Shown here in pieces: positions 17,471 through 26,491 of a stretch of DNA of 26,491 nt. The translations under genes and the position numbers were made by a program. Source of the stretch: a virus (Duplodnaviria; Caudoviricetes); IMG/VR virus record IMGVR_UViG_3300027819_000048, positions 1 to 26,491 of that record; one strand, given 5' to 3'. Every line of letters starts with the position of its first letter. Position 1 is the first letter of the stretch. The notes beneath the pieces are model-generated. The model saw only the letters and a program-made list of their open reading frames with translations, was not told where the DNA came from and searched no databases.

Positions 17471-17995
17471 CAAATAAATAAAAATATCAAACATAAAAAA
17501 TATGAACAGTGGAACAACGATGCTCTTGTATATTCCTTATTCTCCAACCAATCTTCTCTCCGTCAAGTAGAATACAAAGGAAAACTCTGGGATATCAAGA
17601 ATGAATTCTTCTGGTTATCTAAGTCCTCTATGATGGAACTTGCAAACAAGTATTCTTTTGATGAACTCTACAAAGATGTCAAGAACACTCCAGAAGATTC
17701 CAGGTATGTTCATACACTGTTATTATCTGGTATCTACAAGAAACTAAGTCCCGATGCCAAGGCTGTCCTGGACAAAGCTACAGAACTACTGGAGAAATCC
17801 TTTCCTTTCAGGATACTACTACATCAAGAGCACCCTGAATATCACCTTCAATGTTGGGATGCTGGATGGTATCAAATTAAATTAATATTGAAAGAGCATT
17901 ACAAAGATGATTTAAAAGAATTTAGGAATTTATACAAGAAGTTTGAAGAAAGAATGAGACCATTAGTTTATGAATTAGGGTTTTTGATAAAATAA
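17471..17995 (+). pseudogene. Start-less C-terminal fragment of a larger foreign protein (recalled as methyltransferase / type IIG R-M-like C-terminus; tentative)
   Basis: The frame of the track ORF 17630..17995 stays open back to 17471 (...YEQWNNDALVYSLFSNQSSLRQVEYKGKLWDIKNEFFWLSKSSMMEL...) with no ATG; C-rich codons; only credible plus-strand coding sequence. Confidence 0.55.
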
Positions 17996-17996
17996 A

Positions 17997-18044
17997 AATG
18001 GTCAACTTTCTTGATGGTTAGAGCATCAATAGTAATTGACCATT
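17997..18044. terminator. Extended hairpin in the convergent intergenic region (possible terminator or processing site)
   Basis: AATGGTCAA (17997-18005) / TTGACCATT (18036-18044) enclosing TTGATG (18011-18016) / CATCAA (18024-18029). Confidence 0.45.
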
Positions 18045-18121
18045 ATTCTTATTACTAAGAATTTTTTCTATTTCTCTAACAAATAGAATATAAAACTTAT
18101 TGTGAAACTGTAACTAATTTT

Positions 18122-20455
18122 TTATTCGTTGAACGAAACTCCCGAACGAGTTATTGAAAAGTTAATTAAAAATATTTCTCCTGAGCGAACTGGGCTCAGA
18201 AAAATATTGGCATTTATAATATTTCTGTCAATACTGTCTGGTGTATTATTTGTCTCATCACAAATTACACGAAATTGTTCCAAAGCATTTAGTTTTGCCA
18301 TTCGATCGAGTATAGGGTTAATTGCATTTACAATATCGGATCTAAGTTTAGCATTATTCGGTTCAAAAACAAAGAATTTTGCAACAGAACTTATCAATTT
18401 ACGAGCGGTTAATAATAATCGTCTTACATTTATTCGATCAAGAGCTGATGCTTTTGTCTGAAGTGTTTTTTGACCCCAAACAGTAATTCCTTGATTTGCA
18501 AATGTTGCAATTGGATTTGTCTTACCAACATATAAAACATCTCTTTGCGTTTGAGTTAATCGTTTCCGAGCTTCAAAAACATTCAGTACACCCCTATTAA
18601 GACCAGCAACAGCATACCATGGTTGCCCAACTTTATCATTAAATGCATAAGCTCCAAAAACTACAACTGAAGCAGGAACCCAGACAAATTTATTATTATC
18701 TGTATCGAGAATTCTTACAGATGGAAAATATGAAGCAGCATAATTTGTATCAAATGCTTTTGCTGTTTCAACTACTCCATCAACTGTTGAATTCATTACA
18801 GCTCCAGTAACTGTAGTAATAGTATTATCTCCCATATCCATAATATAAAAAGCATCTCCACGAGATTGAACCATGTCTATTGCTTTTGAAGGAATACTGC
18901 CTTGAGTAGCTGGGCCACCAGCAAAAACACCAGGGATACACAGAAGATTGAAATCAATTTCATCTGAATTACTTAAAAGTTGAATTGCGTTATAATAATC
19001 TGCTGAAAGAGTTCCATCAACCATAAGTTGAAGTTTATCTTTCCTTTCATCAAACCCATCCCAACCACCATAAAATGGAACTGTTACTTTTATTGAATTG
19101 AATAATGTAGTTGCTGTTGCAGGATTTCCTGTTGAAGCATTTACTAATACATAAGAAGATGTTAATGAACCAGTTGAAGCATTTTCTGCTGTTAATGTAG
19201 AAACTAAAAATCCTTTTGTTGTTCCAGTTGATGTTGCAGAAATACTAGATACTAAGAATCCTAATCGATTAGAAGCTCCAATTGCAGTTGAATCATAACC
19301 CATATATATTTTAGAATCTTTTACGGCAGCAAAATTTGTATTATCTAACTTATAGGGTGTTGTAAATGTTGCTCCAAGCATTGAAGGAACTGCTTTAAAT
19401 CCAGATGGTTTTGCATCAACTGGATAGCCTGAAAACATTACTACTCGAACATACTTAGATTTATTTTCAAATTCTCCATCAAATGAAACTTCTACTGGAG
19501 AAACTGATGTATTGAATGTTGATATCCGATCTCCTATAACTCGTTTAATATAATCATTTGAATTAGGATTTAGAGTACATGTAAATGATTCTAATACTAA
19601 TGATCTATCATCAGTATCGCTATAGTCTCTTATTGAAACTACAAATTGTGGATATGAACTTACTGAGACTTGTGAAGTTTGAACATCAATTGAAACTTTA
19701 ACTTGAGTGTTAGAAGCATCTCCATCAGATATTGTTTCAAAATTAAATAAATCATAAACTGATCCATTATAATTTTGAGAAACAACTACTGGAGTAGCTC
19801 CATTATTATACCCACCTGTTCCAGTATTATAACCCGTCCCAGCTGATGCTGAACCCGTAATACCAGCTGAAGCAAAGTACGCATAATCAAAAGTTGACTC
19901 AACATATACTGCCGTGAGTAAATCTCCAGCTGCTGAAGCAAATGGATCTGTCCCCAAAACTTTTCCTATATAATTTGCATCAGATCTATTTACTGATAAT
20001 CCTGCTGCAGATGTTCCATTAATTGAAAGTGTAAAACTATTTGATGTTCCTGTTACTGCTGCTGATGTTAATGTAGTACCACTTCTTGCTCTGAGAACAG
20101 CCATTGCTGTTGCAGATGAAGTTAAAGTTGTTCCGCTAGTTATAGCTACTGAAGGAAATGCCAATATAACAGCTTCACCGACTCCAACTGGAGTAGTTGT
20201 TCCTAAAACTCTTACAACATTGAGTAAATCAGCATTTTGCAAATAATTTTTTGCAGCATAAGGTGCATACATTTTCACATTTTGATTTCCAAATATCGTA
20301 CGGAAATCATTAAAACTTTTTACTGAGACTGGATTAAATGCTGGACCTTTTTCTGTTATCCCTATCAATGCAGCTCCAATTGCTGCAATTCCTTGTGGAA
20401 CAAAAGAAAGGTCGTTTTCTTGTGTAAAGACTCCAGCCGAGACGCGAACAGCCAT
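18122..20455 (-). CDS. Tail sheath protein (T4 gp18-like)
   Basis: 'SAGVFTQENDLS...AALIGITEKGPAFNP', 'WYAVAGLNRG', 'QRDVLY...NPIATF..QGITVWGQKTLQ..ASALDRINVRRLL...FEPN'; GAGG SD at 20466-20469. Confidence 0.95.
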   Translation of the reverse strand: MAVRVSAGVFTQENDLSFVPQGIAAIGAALIGITEKGPAFNPVSVKSFNDFRTIFGNQNVKMYAPYAAKNYLQNADLLNVVRVLGTTTPVGVGEAVILAFPSVAITSGTTLTSSATAMAVLRARSGTTLTSAAVTGTSNSFTLSINGTSAAGLSVNRSDANYIGKVLGTDPFASAAGDLLTAVYVESTFDYAYFASAGITGSASAGTGYNTGTGGYNNGATPVVVSQNYNGSVYDLFNFETISDGDASNTQVKVSIDVQTSQVSVSSYPQFVVSIRDYSDTDDRSLVLESFTCTLNPNSNDYIKRVIGDRISTFNTSVSPVEVSFDGEFENKSKYVRVVMFSGYPVDAKPSGFKAVPSMLGATFTTPYKLDNTNFAAVKDSKIYMGYDSTAIGASNRLGFLVSSISATSTGTTKGFLVSTLTAENASTGSLTSSYVLVNASTGNPATATTLFNSIKVTVPFYGGWDGFDERKDKLQLMVDGTLSADYYNAIQLLSNSDEIDFNLLCIPGVFAGGPATQGSIPSKAIDMVQSRGDAFYIMDMGDNTITTVTGAVMNSTVDGVVETAKAFDTNYAASYFPSVRILDTDNNKFVWVPASVVVFGAYAFNDKVGQPWYAVAGLNRGVLNVFEARKRLTQTQRDVLYVGKTNPIATFANQGITVWGQKTLQTKASALDRINVRRLLLTARKLISSVAKFFVFEPNNAKLRSDIVNAINPILDRMAKLNALEQFRVICDETNNTPDSIDRNIINANIFLSPVRSGEIFLINFSITRSGVSFNE

Positions 20456-20529
20456 GTTATTTTTTCCTCGAAATAAATTCTTATTTTAATTAAGCTACCA
20501 AAGCTATTAAAAACATTTTTTAGTTTTTA

Positions 20530-20556
20530 ACAAATAGAAAACCAATTTCTATTTGT
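20530..20556. promoter_or_regulatory. Perfect 11-bp inverted repeat in the sheath leader
   Basis: ACAAATAGAAA (20530-20540) - ACCAA - TTTCTATTTGT (20546-20556). Confidence 0.4.
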
Positions 20557-20660
20557 CATAACTTCTATAATAAATATAAATGAATTTCATTGAAAAATCA
20601 ACCCAACTATACATCTTCAAATTGATATTCTTGTTTTTATAATTTTATGTCTTCCCATCT

Positions 20661-22625
20661 TTATCCTTCGACTTGGGTTAAAATTCCGCCCACAAAGTGT
20701 AGTGTTACATTTCTACTTGGATTAGCAGCAGAAATAGTAAGTGATGTTGTTGAACCAGCTGATGTAGAACCTGACCAAAAAGTAGTCGCTCTAATATCAG
20801 TAGTAGCACTTATAGAATTTGCAGAAATAGAACCATTGACATGTAATTTAGCAGATGCAGCAGTTAATCCAATTCCAACATTTCCACTATTTTCAGAAAT
20901 ATTCAATGCTTCAGAAAATCCTGCAACATCTATTTTTAATCCATAACCAAATTCAGCTTTTATTGCTACATTAGTATCACCAATATATAATATCCCCTGT
21001 CTTCCACTTGTAGTATAGGGCAATGAACCAACAATTAAACTATTACCACCAGAAACAACTAATTTATGAGCAGGATTTCCAATATCAACACCAACACCAA
21101 CATTACCACCAGAAACAACTAATAAACTAATACTTGTTCCGGTTCCAACTGTCAATAATTGATTATTTGTTGAAGAAACTCTGATAGTATCAGCAGAAAT
21201 TGATGTAAAAGTTCCAGACAATCCAATAAAAGAATTTGCAGAAATTGAACCATTAATTGCACTTAAACTACCACTTATAGTTGTTAGGTTTGTAGGGTAG
21301 AAATGAAGTCTTTTATTAATTAGTCCGTTATCAAATTCTAACCACAATTCACTTAAAGTATCATTCCTTAATTTCCATTTTTCTCCACTTGTTTCTTCAA
21401 TCCATTGTATTTCAGCAGTTGTTGAATTAATACCTCCAGCATCAGAAAGTTTTAAAGGTTTATTAAAAGTATTTGATTGAGTTAATATATTAGTTCCAGA
21501 TAAAGTAGCAATTTTAGAAAGACTTCCACCATCACCAATAAACTTAGTTGCAGAAATAGTATTTGCAGTCATTGATCCAGTAACAGAAATATTTCCAGAA
21601 ACAGATAATCCCTCTGTTGGTAACAGAGTATTGATTCCAATCTTTCCACCAAAATAACTAGTTGTTCCACCAGAAGTATAAATAGCCCAATTATTAATAG
21701 CACCAGTTAATGGATCAATATAAAGACCATACATGTTAGTTATTGGTCCGCTGTTTATTAATGGAGACCCAACTTTTATAACTTTAGCCTGATTAATGTT
21801 TCCACCACCACCAAGAGTATTAATTCTAAAAAACCCAGCATTAGTTTCAACTGCAGTTAATGTACCATAATGATTTACTTCAGATACTATGCCAAAATTA
21901 TTAGTTGGTGTATATTGACCAGAAGATAAACTACCTAAATCCAACGTAAATCGCCCAGCGTAAACTGTGTCTGGTTGGATACTTCTAGTTGTATCAACTA
22001 TCATGCGAAATGCGGCTCCACCGATATTATCAGCAATTGCATATGTATCAGGTCCATAGCGATTAATCATAAATAATGCATGTGGTGTAGTAGTTGGAGA
22101 TTCATTAATGCCAATTCCTGTTGTATCATCAACATAAATACTAGAACTATTTCTATTTTGCCCAGGATTCATAACAAATCCGCCTAAAACATAACATTCT
22201 TGAAACGTCCATTTTTTTTTGCTAGTACCAACTGGTGGTTCACCTATACTAACAACTCGTTTATTTCCTTTATCAATATTAGCATCATTAAATGTATCAA
22301 TAAACCAAAGACCTGGTGTTGTTGCAGGTCCAGAAATCCTAAAAACCCCAGTGATGGATTGAGCTGAAATACTTATTGACGTAATTGAATTTGCACTTAT
22401 TGAATTGCTAAAAATTGAACTAGCACTAAGCGTATTTGCAGTAAGACTTTTTGTATTAAGATTCACCCCTGAAATAGCTCCAACATAGGGAACAGCACAA
22501 ACTGAATTTAATACAAAGCTTCCACCAATATAAATTGTATTTGCACTGACTGCATCAAATACTGCAGTTAGTGCAGGGCTTTGATATTGACCAATACGTG
22601 TAATTAATTTTTGTTGATTATTCAT
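20661..22625 (-). CDS. Fibre-like virion structural protein
   Basis: G/S/T/N-rich; repeated 'SISANSI/TANTISA' and 'GNVG(V/I)G...KL.V.G' motifs typical of trimeric beta-fibre proteins; C-terminal 'FVGGILT'. Confidence 0.6.
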   Translation of the reverse strand: MNNQQKLITRIGQYQSPALTAVFDAVSANTIYIGGSFVLNSVCAVPYVGAISGVNLNTKSLTANTLSASSIFSNSISANSITSISISAQSITGVFRISGPATTPGLWFIDTFNDANIDKGNKRVVSIGEPPVGTSKKKWTFQECYVLGGFVMNPGQNRNSSSIYVDDTTGIGINESPTTTPHALFMINRYGPDTYAIADNIGGAAFRMIVDTTRSIQPDTVYAGRFTLDLGSLSSGQYTPTNNFGIVSEVNHYGTLTAVETNAGFFRINTLGGGGNINQAKVIKVGSPLINSGPITNMYGLYIDPLTGAINNWAIYTSGGTTSYFGGKIGINTLLPTEGLSVSGNISVTGSMTANTISATKFIGDGGSLSKIATLSGTNILTQSNTFNKPLKLSDAGGINSTTAEIQWIEETSGEKWKLRNDTLSELWLEFDNGLINKRLHFYPTNLTTISGSLSAINGSISANSFIGLSGTFTSISADTIRVSSTNNQLLTVGTGTSISLLVVSGGNVGVGVDIGNPAHKLVVSGGNSLIVGSLPYTTSGRQGILYIGDTNVAIKAEFGYGLKIDVAGFSEALNISENSGNVGIGLTAASAKLHVNGSISANSISATTDIRATTFWSGSTSAGSTTSLTISAANPSRNVTLHFVGGILTQVEG

Positions 22626-23368
22626 GCCGGAAATTTTTCTACTATTGATTCACTAATTCCTATTCGAACATTTCCCGATGTCCTATAAATTTTTAAATCT
22701 TTTTTATTAACAAAATATCCTTGTAATACTAATTTGAAATTATATTTGATAATTTTTTCTTTATCAGAAAAATCTTCTAAATTACTCTGATCAGTAATAC
22801 TTTTCATCTCACCAAAAAATCTATAATTATCTATTTCAAACCACTGTCTCCCACCCCTAAATTCTTGTAAAATATTTTCTTGTTCAATATTTTGATGTGT
22901 CATATATGAAGTCCAAATTATAATTTCATAATCAAGATTTGTAAATGATGGAAATGGATATTGTAAAACTTCATAAATTGGAGCATCAGAAGTTTTAACA
23001 TATAATTCATCTTGAGTCCTATTTCCTATTTCTCCTGGTTGGCGATCATTGTTACTGATTGGAGATGTAGAAATTCTTCTTGTTAGTGTTATATTAGTTT
23101 CATCTGAGTCTGGAGCATAACGTTCTTTCATATGATCTGGAGTAGTTCTACGAATAGAAATAAGCGGTAAAATGAGAGTACCCTTTTCATCACGAAATCC
23201 TTTATCACGTTGAGCTCTAGCCCATCTTTCACTGGTTGCATATACAACATCAACTTTTTTGCTATTGATTATTAAAGCATGATCATTTTTAAACCAATTT
23301 ACAATAGCCGTGTCAAGTTGTTTTAAGTTTATATTGTTGAGTTGTGAATTTAATTTTTTATCAATCAT
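22622..23368 (-). CDS. Tail terminator / sheath stabiliser (T4 gp15-like)
   Basis: 'VVYATSERW...G.RD..G.LILPLISIRRT...LDYEIIIWTSYM..QN...E' motif; position between neck and sheath genes. Confidence 0.75.
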   Translation of the reverse strand: MIDKKLNSQLNNINLKQLDTAIVNWFKNDHALIINSKKVDVVYATSERWARAQRDKGFRDEKGTLILPLISIRRTTPDHMKERYAPDSDETNITLTRRISTSPISNNDRQPGEIGNRTQDELYVKTSDAPIYEVLQYPFPSFTNLDYEIIIWTSYMTHQNIEQENILQEFRGGRQWFEIDNYRFFGEMKSITDQSNLEDFSDKEKIIKYNFKLVLQGYFVNKKDLKIYRTSGNVRIGISESIVEKFPA

Positions 23369-23904
23369 CTTATTACATCACTCGAGAACGATGGATCATG
23401 GACTGAGCTTCTATTTGGTGAGAATACATCTGCTCGTGTTGAAAGTGCTTCTGCATATGTGCCAATTTTAAATCCTGCAGTATCTTGTCCCGCAATTAAT
23501 TTCTCTTCCCATGTTTTATTCACTTCATAATATTTCTGTCCGAATTCAACAAAATCACCAATTCTGATTAAAAGATGAAAATCTTGTTCAATTCTAAATT
23601 TTTGAACATAAAATTTTAAAGAATATTGTATTTCTGTTGAAAAACTTCCCGTTGAAACAATTGGAGTATTGTACAATATGAGACAATATATTTCTATTGG
23701 TGTACGGAATACCTTACCCTCTGAAGCTTCACCATAAAGATCGTCTGCTTTTGTTCTTGTAGAATCAATAGAGTAATAGCGAAGTTTTTGTTGAGTCACA
23801 CATTCTATAAGCTCAGTATTTACACGCTGAAAAAATGTTAATTCTCTATCTCCAATAAATAGTGAAGATTTTCTATCAGAGTTATTTATATTTTCAATTG
23901 CCAT
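23365..23904 (-). CDS. Neck / head-closure protein (T4 gp14-like)
   Basis: 'LF...REL.FF..VN.ELI......YY.ID...T..DDLYGEA...K.F..PIEI...IGDFV.F...YYEV'. Confidence 0.75.
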   Translation of the reverse strand: MAIENINNSDRKSSLFIGDRELTFFQRVNTELIECVTQQKLRYYSIDSTRTKADDLYGEASEGKVFRTPIEIYCLILYNTPIVSTGSFSTEIQYSLKFYVQKFRIEQDFHLLIRIGDFVEFGQKYYEVNKTWEEKLIAGQDTAGFKIGTYAEALSTRADVFSPNRSSVHDPSFSSDVIR

Positions 23905-23906
23905 TT

Positions 23907-24311
23907 TTATTTTTCTTCTTTTTTATTAATGCTAAATATTGAAAGAACTTTATTTTTTATTTGTGATAATATCCCAGAAATTATTACCTCAAATACTCCC
24001 ATCAGACCCTTAAAGATACTGCTAGAGCAATATGCAATTATAAAAATCCAATAATTTACTTTTATTGGTTCAGAAGATAATTCAAAAAATGGTATATATG
24101 GAGCAAAAACAAAAATTATTCCTGTATGCCACATGAAATAAAGAGCTTCATATGAAATAATACTTGTTATAATACCACTAAAATTTGATTCAAAATAAGT
24201 CTTAATTCCAGGAATATTATTAGAAGTTGATTTATCATTAAGAAAATTTAAACATAAATGACAAATCACTCCAAAAAATCCTGCTAATTGAAATTTTAAC
24301 ATTAATGGCAT
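23907..24311 (-). CDS. Small multi-pass membrane protein (holin-like, putative)
   Basis: Three to four hydrophobic segments and a basic/charged C-terminus (INKKEEK). Confidence 0.5.
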   Translation of the reverse strand: MPLMLKFQLAGFFGVICHLCLNFLNDKSTSNNIPGIKTYFESNFSGIITSIISYEALYFMWHTGIIFVFAPYIPFFELSSEPIKVNYWIFIIAYCSSSIFKGLMGVFEVIISGILSQIKNKVLSIFSINKKEEK

Positions 24312-25306
24312 TATTTTATTGTATTATTTTTTTCTCTGATTTGTTTAATGTTTGATTTTTTAAGACCAGGACCAACAGACAGTCCAAGATCAATTAATTT
24401 ATAATTTCCATTTTTATCTCGTAAAATATTACCCATATGAAAATCTTGAAAATTTATTCCTAATTGTTGTAGATGTTTTGTAGCTTTTAATGTATCTAAT
24501 ATAAGTTTTTGAGCTTCTTTATTTGAATTAAACCATTTTTCTTTTTTAATATGATTTTCATCATATTCTTTAAAATCTTCTTGTGTTTTTTTAATAGCGT
24601 CTTTAACATTCATTTTTTTTAATTTTTGACTTGCAAAACTATAAAAAATTTCTAATGTTTCAGCCTTTCCAAATTTAAATTCTTTTGGAATAGGTAATAA
24701 TTTTTCTTGATCAATAAAATATCTATTATTTCCCTTAACTTTGAAAACTCTATTTACTTTAACAATATTTGGGTGAGGATAATTTTTTACAATATTCATT
24801 GCTTTTGCTTCAGAATCATCAATTGTTACTTTTAATACCTTTCCATTTTTTATTTCAAATGCTGATCCCATTCCACCAGAACCAAGAAGTTTTCCAATTC
24901 CATATCCATGTTTAAAAAGTACTCGTGATGTTCTTAAATAGTTTGAATCACCAGGATAACCAGCATTCGCTCCAGCATCGAACCATCCATCTACAGCATC
25001 GAACCATTCAACATTTTTATAAATAATTTTATCTAATGAATCTTTTTGATCATCAGATAAATTTTTCCAATTATTAATTGCATTATAAAAATTGGATAAT
25101 TTTAAATTGTCTGAATTAATTGTAGTATTTTTTTGTTTTGAAGTTTTTGTTTTATTTACAATCTTGACTAGCTTCCCATCTTTTGTCTGATGTGTTACTT
25201 TATCACTGTTATCTTTCCATTTGCCCCACCCAACAGACTTAAGACCCATTTTATGAGCTTGATCAGAAGCTTGAGACTCTAAGATTAATTGTAAAAAAGA
25301 TTTCAT
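24311..25306 (-). CDS. Protein kinase-like (Ser/Thr kinase fold) with an N-terminal accessory domain
   Basis: Gly loop 'LGSGGMG', 'VLKVT', helix-C Glu 'SEA', 'HPNIVKV', catalytic 'DFHMGNIL', 'IDLG'. Confidence 0.85.
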   Translation of the reverse strand: MKSFLQLILESQASDQAHKMGLKSVGWGKWKDNSDKVTHQTKDGKLVKIVNKTKTSKQKNTTINSDNLKLSNFYNAINNWKNLSDDQKDSLDKIIYKNVEWFDAVDGWFDAGANAGYPGDSNYLRTSRVLFKHGYGIGKLLGSGGMGSAFEIKNGKVLKVTIDDSEAKAMNIVKNYPHPNIVKVNRVFKVKGNNRYFIDQEKLLPIPKEFKFGKAETLEIFYSFASQKLKKMNVKDAIKKTQEDFKEYDENHIKKEKWFNSNKEAQKLILDTLKATKHLQQLGINFQDFHMGNILRDKNGNYKLIDLGLSVGPGLKKSNIKQIREKNNTIK

Positions 25307-25394
25307 TTTATTCTTCTACATTTAATTGAGCAAAAGAAATGTTTTGGAAAATTAACTATAAATGTATTTTTACATATTAAACAATATTTTATCA

Positions 25395-26489
25395 TTACAT
25401 CATTAGGGGATAAATTGGATAATTCTTATATTGTGCTTGAATCATTTCTTGACGCTTAGTTTCATTCTCCATAATTTTATTTACAGATAATTCATCTAAA
25501 TCTGTACGTAAATTTTTCTCTAATTCTTGCATTTTTTGAATTGCTTCTTGGACCATAGTACTTCCATCCATAGTGATAGAATCATTTGGTATTGGTATTT
25601 TATCAAATTTACGCCTAATACGACCCTCTATTTCCATACTCAGAGCAAAAGTATATTCACGTATCCACATTCTTCCGGGCGGATTAATTTTGTTATAAGC
25701 AATATCAGTAAATGGAATTTGGTAAAAATTACTAATTCCACTTGCTGATTCTCTATCTGTTGAGCTAAATGGATTTTGTTGAGATAGTCCATAGTCAATC
25801 CACAACTTTAAGGAATGTTTTGGGACTGGGAAAATACGAAATCTGTTTCCAACTCGTTCGTAAGAAAAATTACTTCGTCTTACTTTATCATTTAAGTTCA
25901 ACATTTGAGCTCTTAAAATATCAGTCCAAATGGGAAGCACATAAAAAATACTTTCAGTATTAAAAGATTCAAAATTAAATTCCTGGCTTAAAAGATTAAT
26001 AGAAGAATATGGATCATAAAATCTATACAACGTCATAGCAGGATAATGATAAACAGTTTTGAGATCAATATTAGAAGAGTTCACACTACTTGTCAAGCTC
26101 GTAATTGCTGCTGATAATGCTACACTTAAAGTGTTGTCAATGATGTCATTGTAAATATCATAATCCTGTTTTCCTGGAACAAGAGTGATATATGATTTTC
26201 TTAGACTATTTCCAACATTACCGCCAATTGGTGGAGATATTTCCCAAGCTATATTCTGAGTTAGTCGTTTTACAAAATTAGCAAAAGGAGCTGGTAATTT
26301 TCCAGTGAAATCAAAATTAGAAAAATCATTACTCAATCCATAATATTGGATCATCCAACTCTTTGCTTGATATGTATTGACAATAGCTGAATAATGTAGA
26401 TTAGCTTCTTCAAACGCAAGAAAAATTTGAGCATTAGAACTTTGAACTGAAAGTACTGGTTCTCCCAATTTATATCTAACATATTTTAC
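25395..26489 (-). CDS. Neck protein (T4 gp13-like), 5'-partial
   Basis: The frame stays open beyond the track's TTG start to the window edge (VKYVRYKLGEPVLSVQ...); 'WIREYTFAL..E..G.IR.KF..IPIP...ITMDG' gp13-like motif. Confidence 0.8.
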   Translation of the reverse strand, partial: VKYVRYKLGEPVLSVQSSNAQIFLAFEEANLHYSAIVNTYQAKSWMIQYYGLSNDFSNFDFTGKLPAPFANFVKRLTQNIAWEISPPIGGNVGNSLRKSYITLVPGKQDYDIYNDIIDNTLSVALSAAITSLTSSVNSSNIDLKTVYHYPAMTLYRFYDPYSSINLLSQEFNFESFNTESIFYVLPIWTDILRAQMLNLNDKVRRSNFSYERVGNRFRIFPVPKHSLKLWIDYGLSQQNPFSSTDRESASGISNFYQIPFTDIAYNKINPPGRMWIREYTFALSMEIEGRIRRKFDKIPIPNDSITMDGSTMVQEAIQKMQELEKNLRTDLDELSVNKIMENETKRQEMIQAQYKNYPIYPLMM

Positions 26490-26491
26490 AA

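Noticed and set aside
17471-17995. Diversity-generating retroelement template repeat
   Set aside because: No matching variable repeat with adenine-specific differences and no reverse transcriptase in the window.
20617-20658. Short ORF MGRHKIIKTRISI* after the fibre-like gene
   Set aside because: Too short and without independent support; could be a gene remnant but cannot be shown.
1257-25963. Plus-strand track ORFs (1257, 6555, 7731, 10640, 11557, 13740, 15421, 15725, 16302, 18129, 20647, 25527, 25769)
   Set aside because: All lie antisense to well-supported minus-strand genes and show no recognisable motifs; treated as shadow ORFs.
1-26491. Alternative genetic code (TAG/TGA reassignment, as in some large phages)
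   Set aside because: Standard-code ORFs tile the window fully. TGA stops occur in ATGA overlaps, and the single TAG stop (7319) is followed by TGA two codons later.
1-26491. Bacterial extracellular contractile injection system or tailocin locus
   Set aside because: Neck/head-closure genes, a late sigma factor and homing endonucleases indicate a true phage.

Overview
A very AT-rich, almost entirely minus-strand neck/tail/baseplate module of a large contractile-tailed (myovirus, T4-like architecture) phage. In transcription order (right to left): neck/head-tail proteins, a protein kinase, a holin-like membrane protein, tail terminator, a fibre-like protein, tail sheath, tail tube, tail/hub assembly chaperones, tape measure, baseplate tube-initiator, LysM/gpX-like protein, hub, a gp55-like late sigma factor, spike, gp25-like and gp6-like wedge proteins. 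Four free-standing Vsr/DUF559-like (EDxHD-type) putative homing endonucleases interrupt the module. Three share one nuclease domain but carry different N-terminal repeat arrays. The strongest unannotated signal is at 15838-16721. There an endonuclease appears to have inserted into the 5' end of the gp26-like gene, stranding the old 5' end as a 44-aa mini-ORF and supplying a synonymously recoded replacement 5' end with its own RBS; a 15-bp direct repeat marks the junctions. A mirror-image scar (recoded duplicate 3' end plus a 25/28-nt match to that endonuclease's tail) lies at 10243-10320. A start-less plus-strand foreign gene fragment sits between sheath and tube. All product calls come from motif recognition and gene order; no database search was run.
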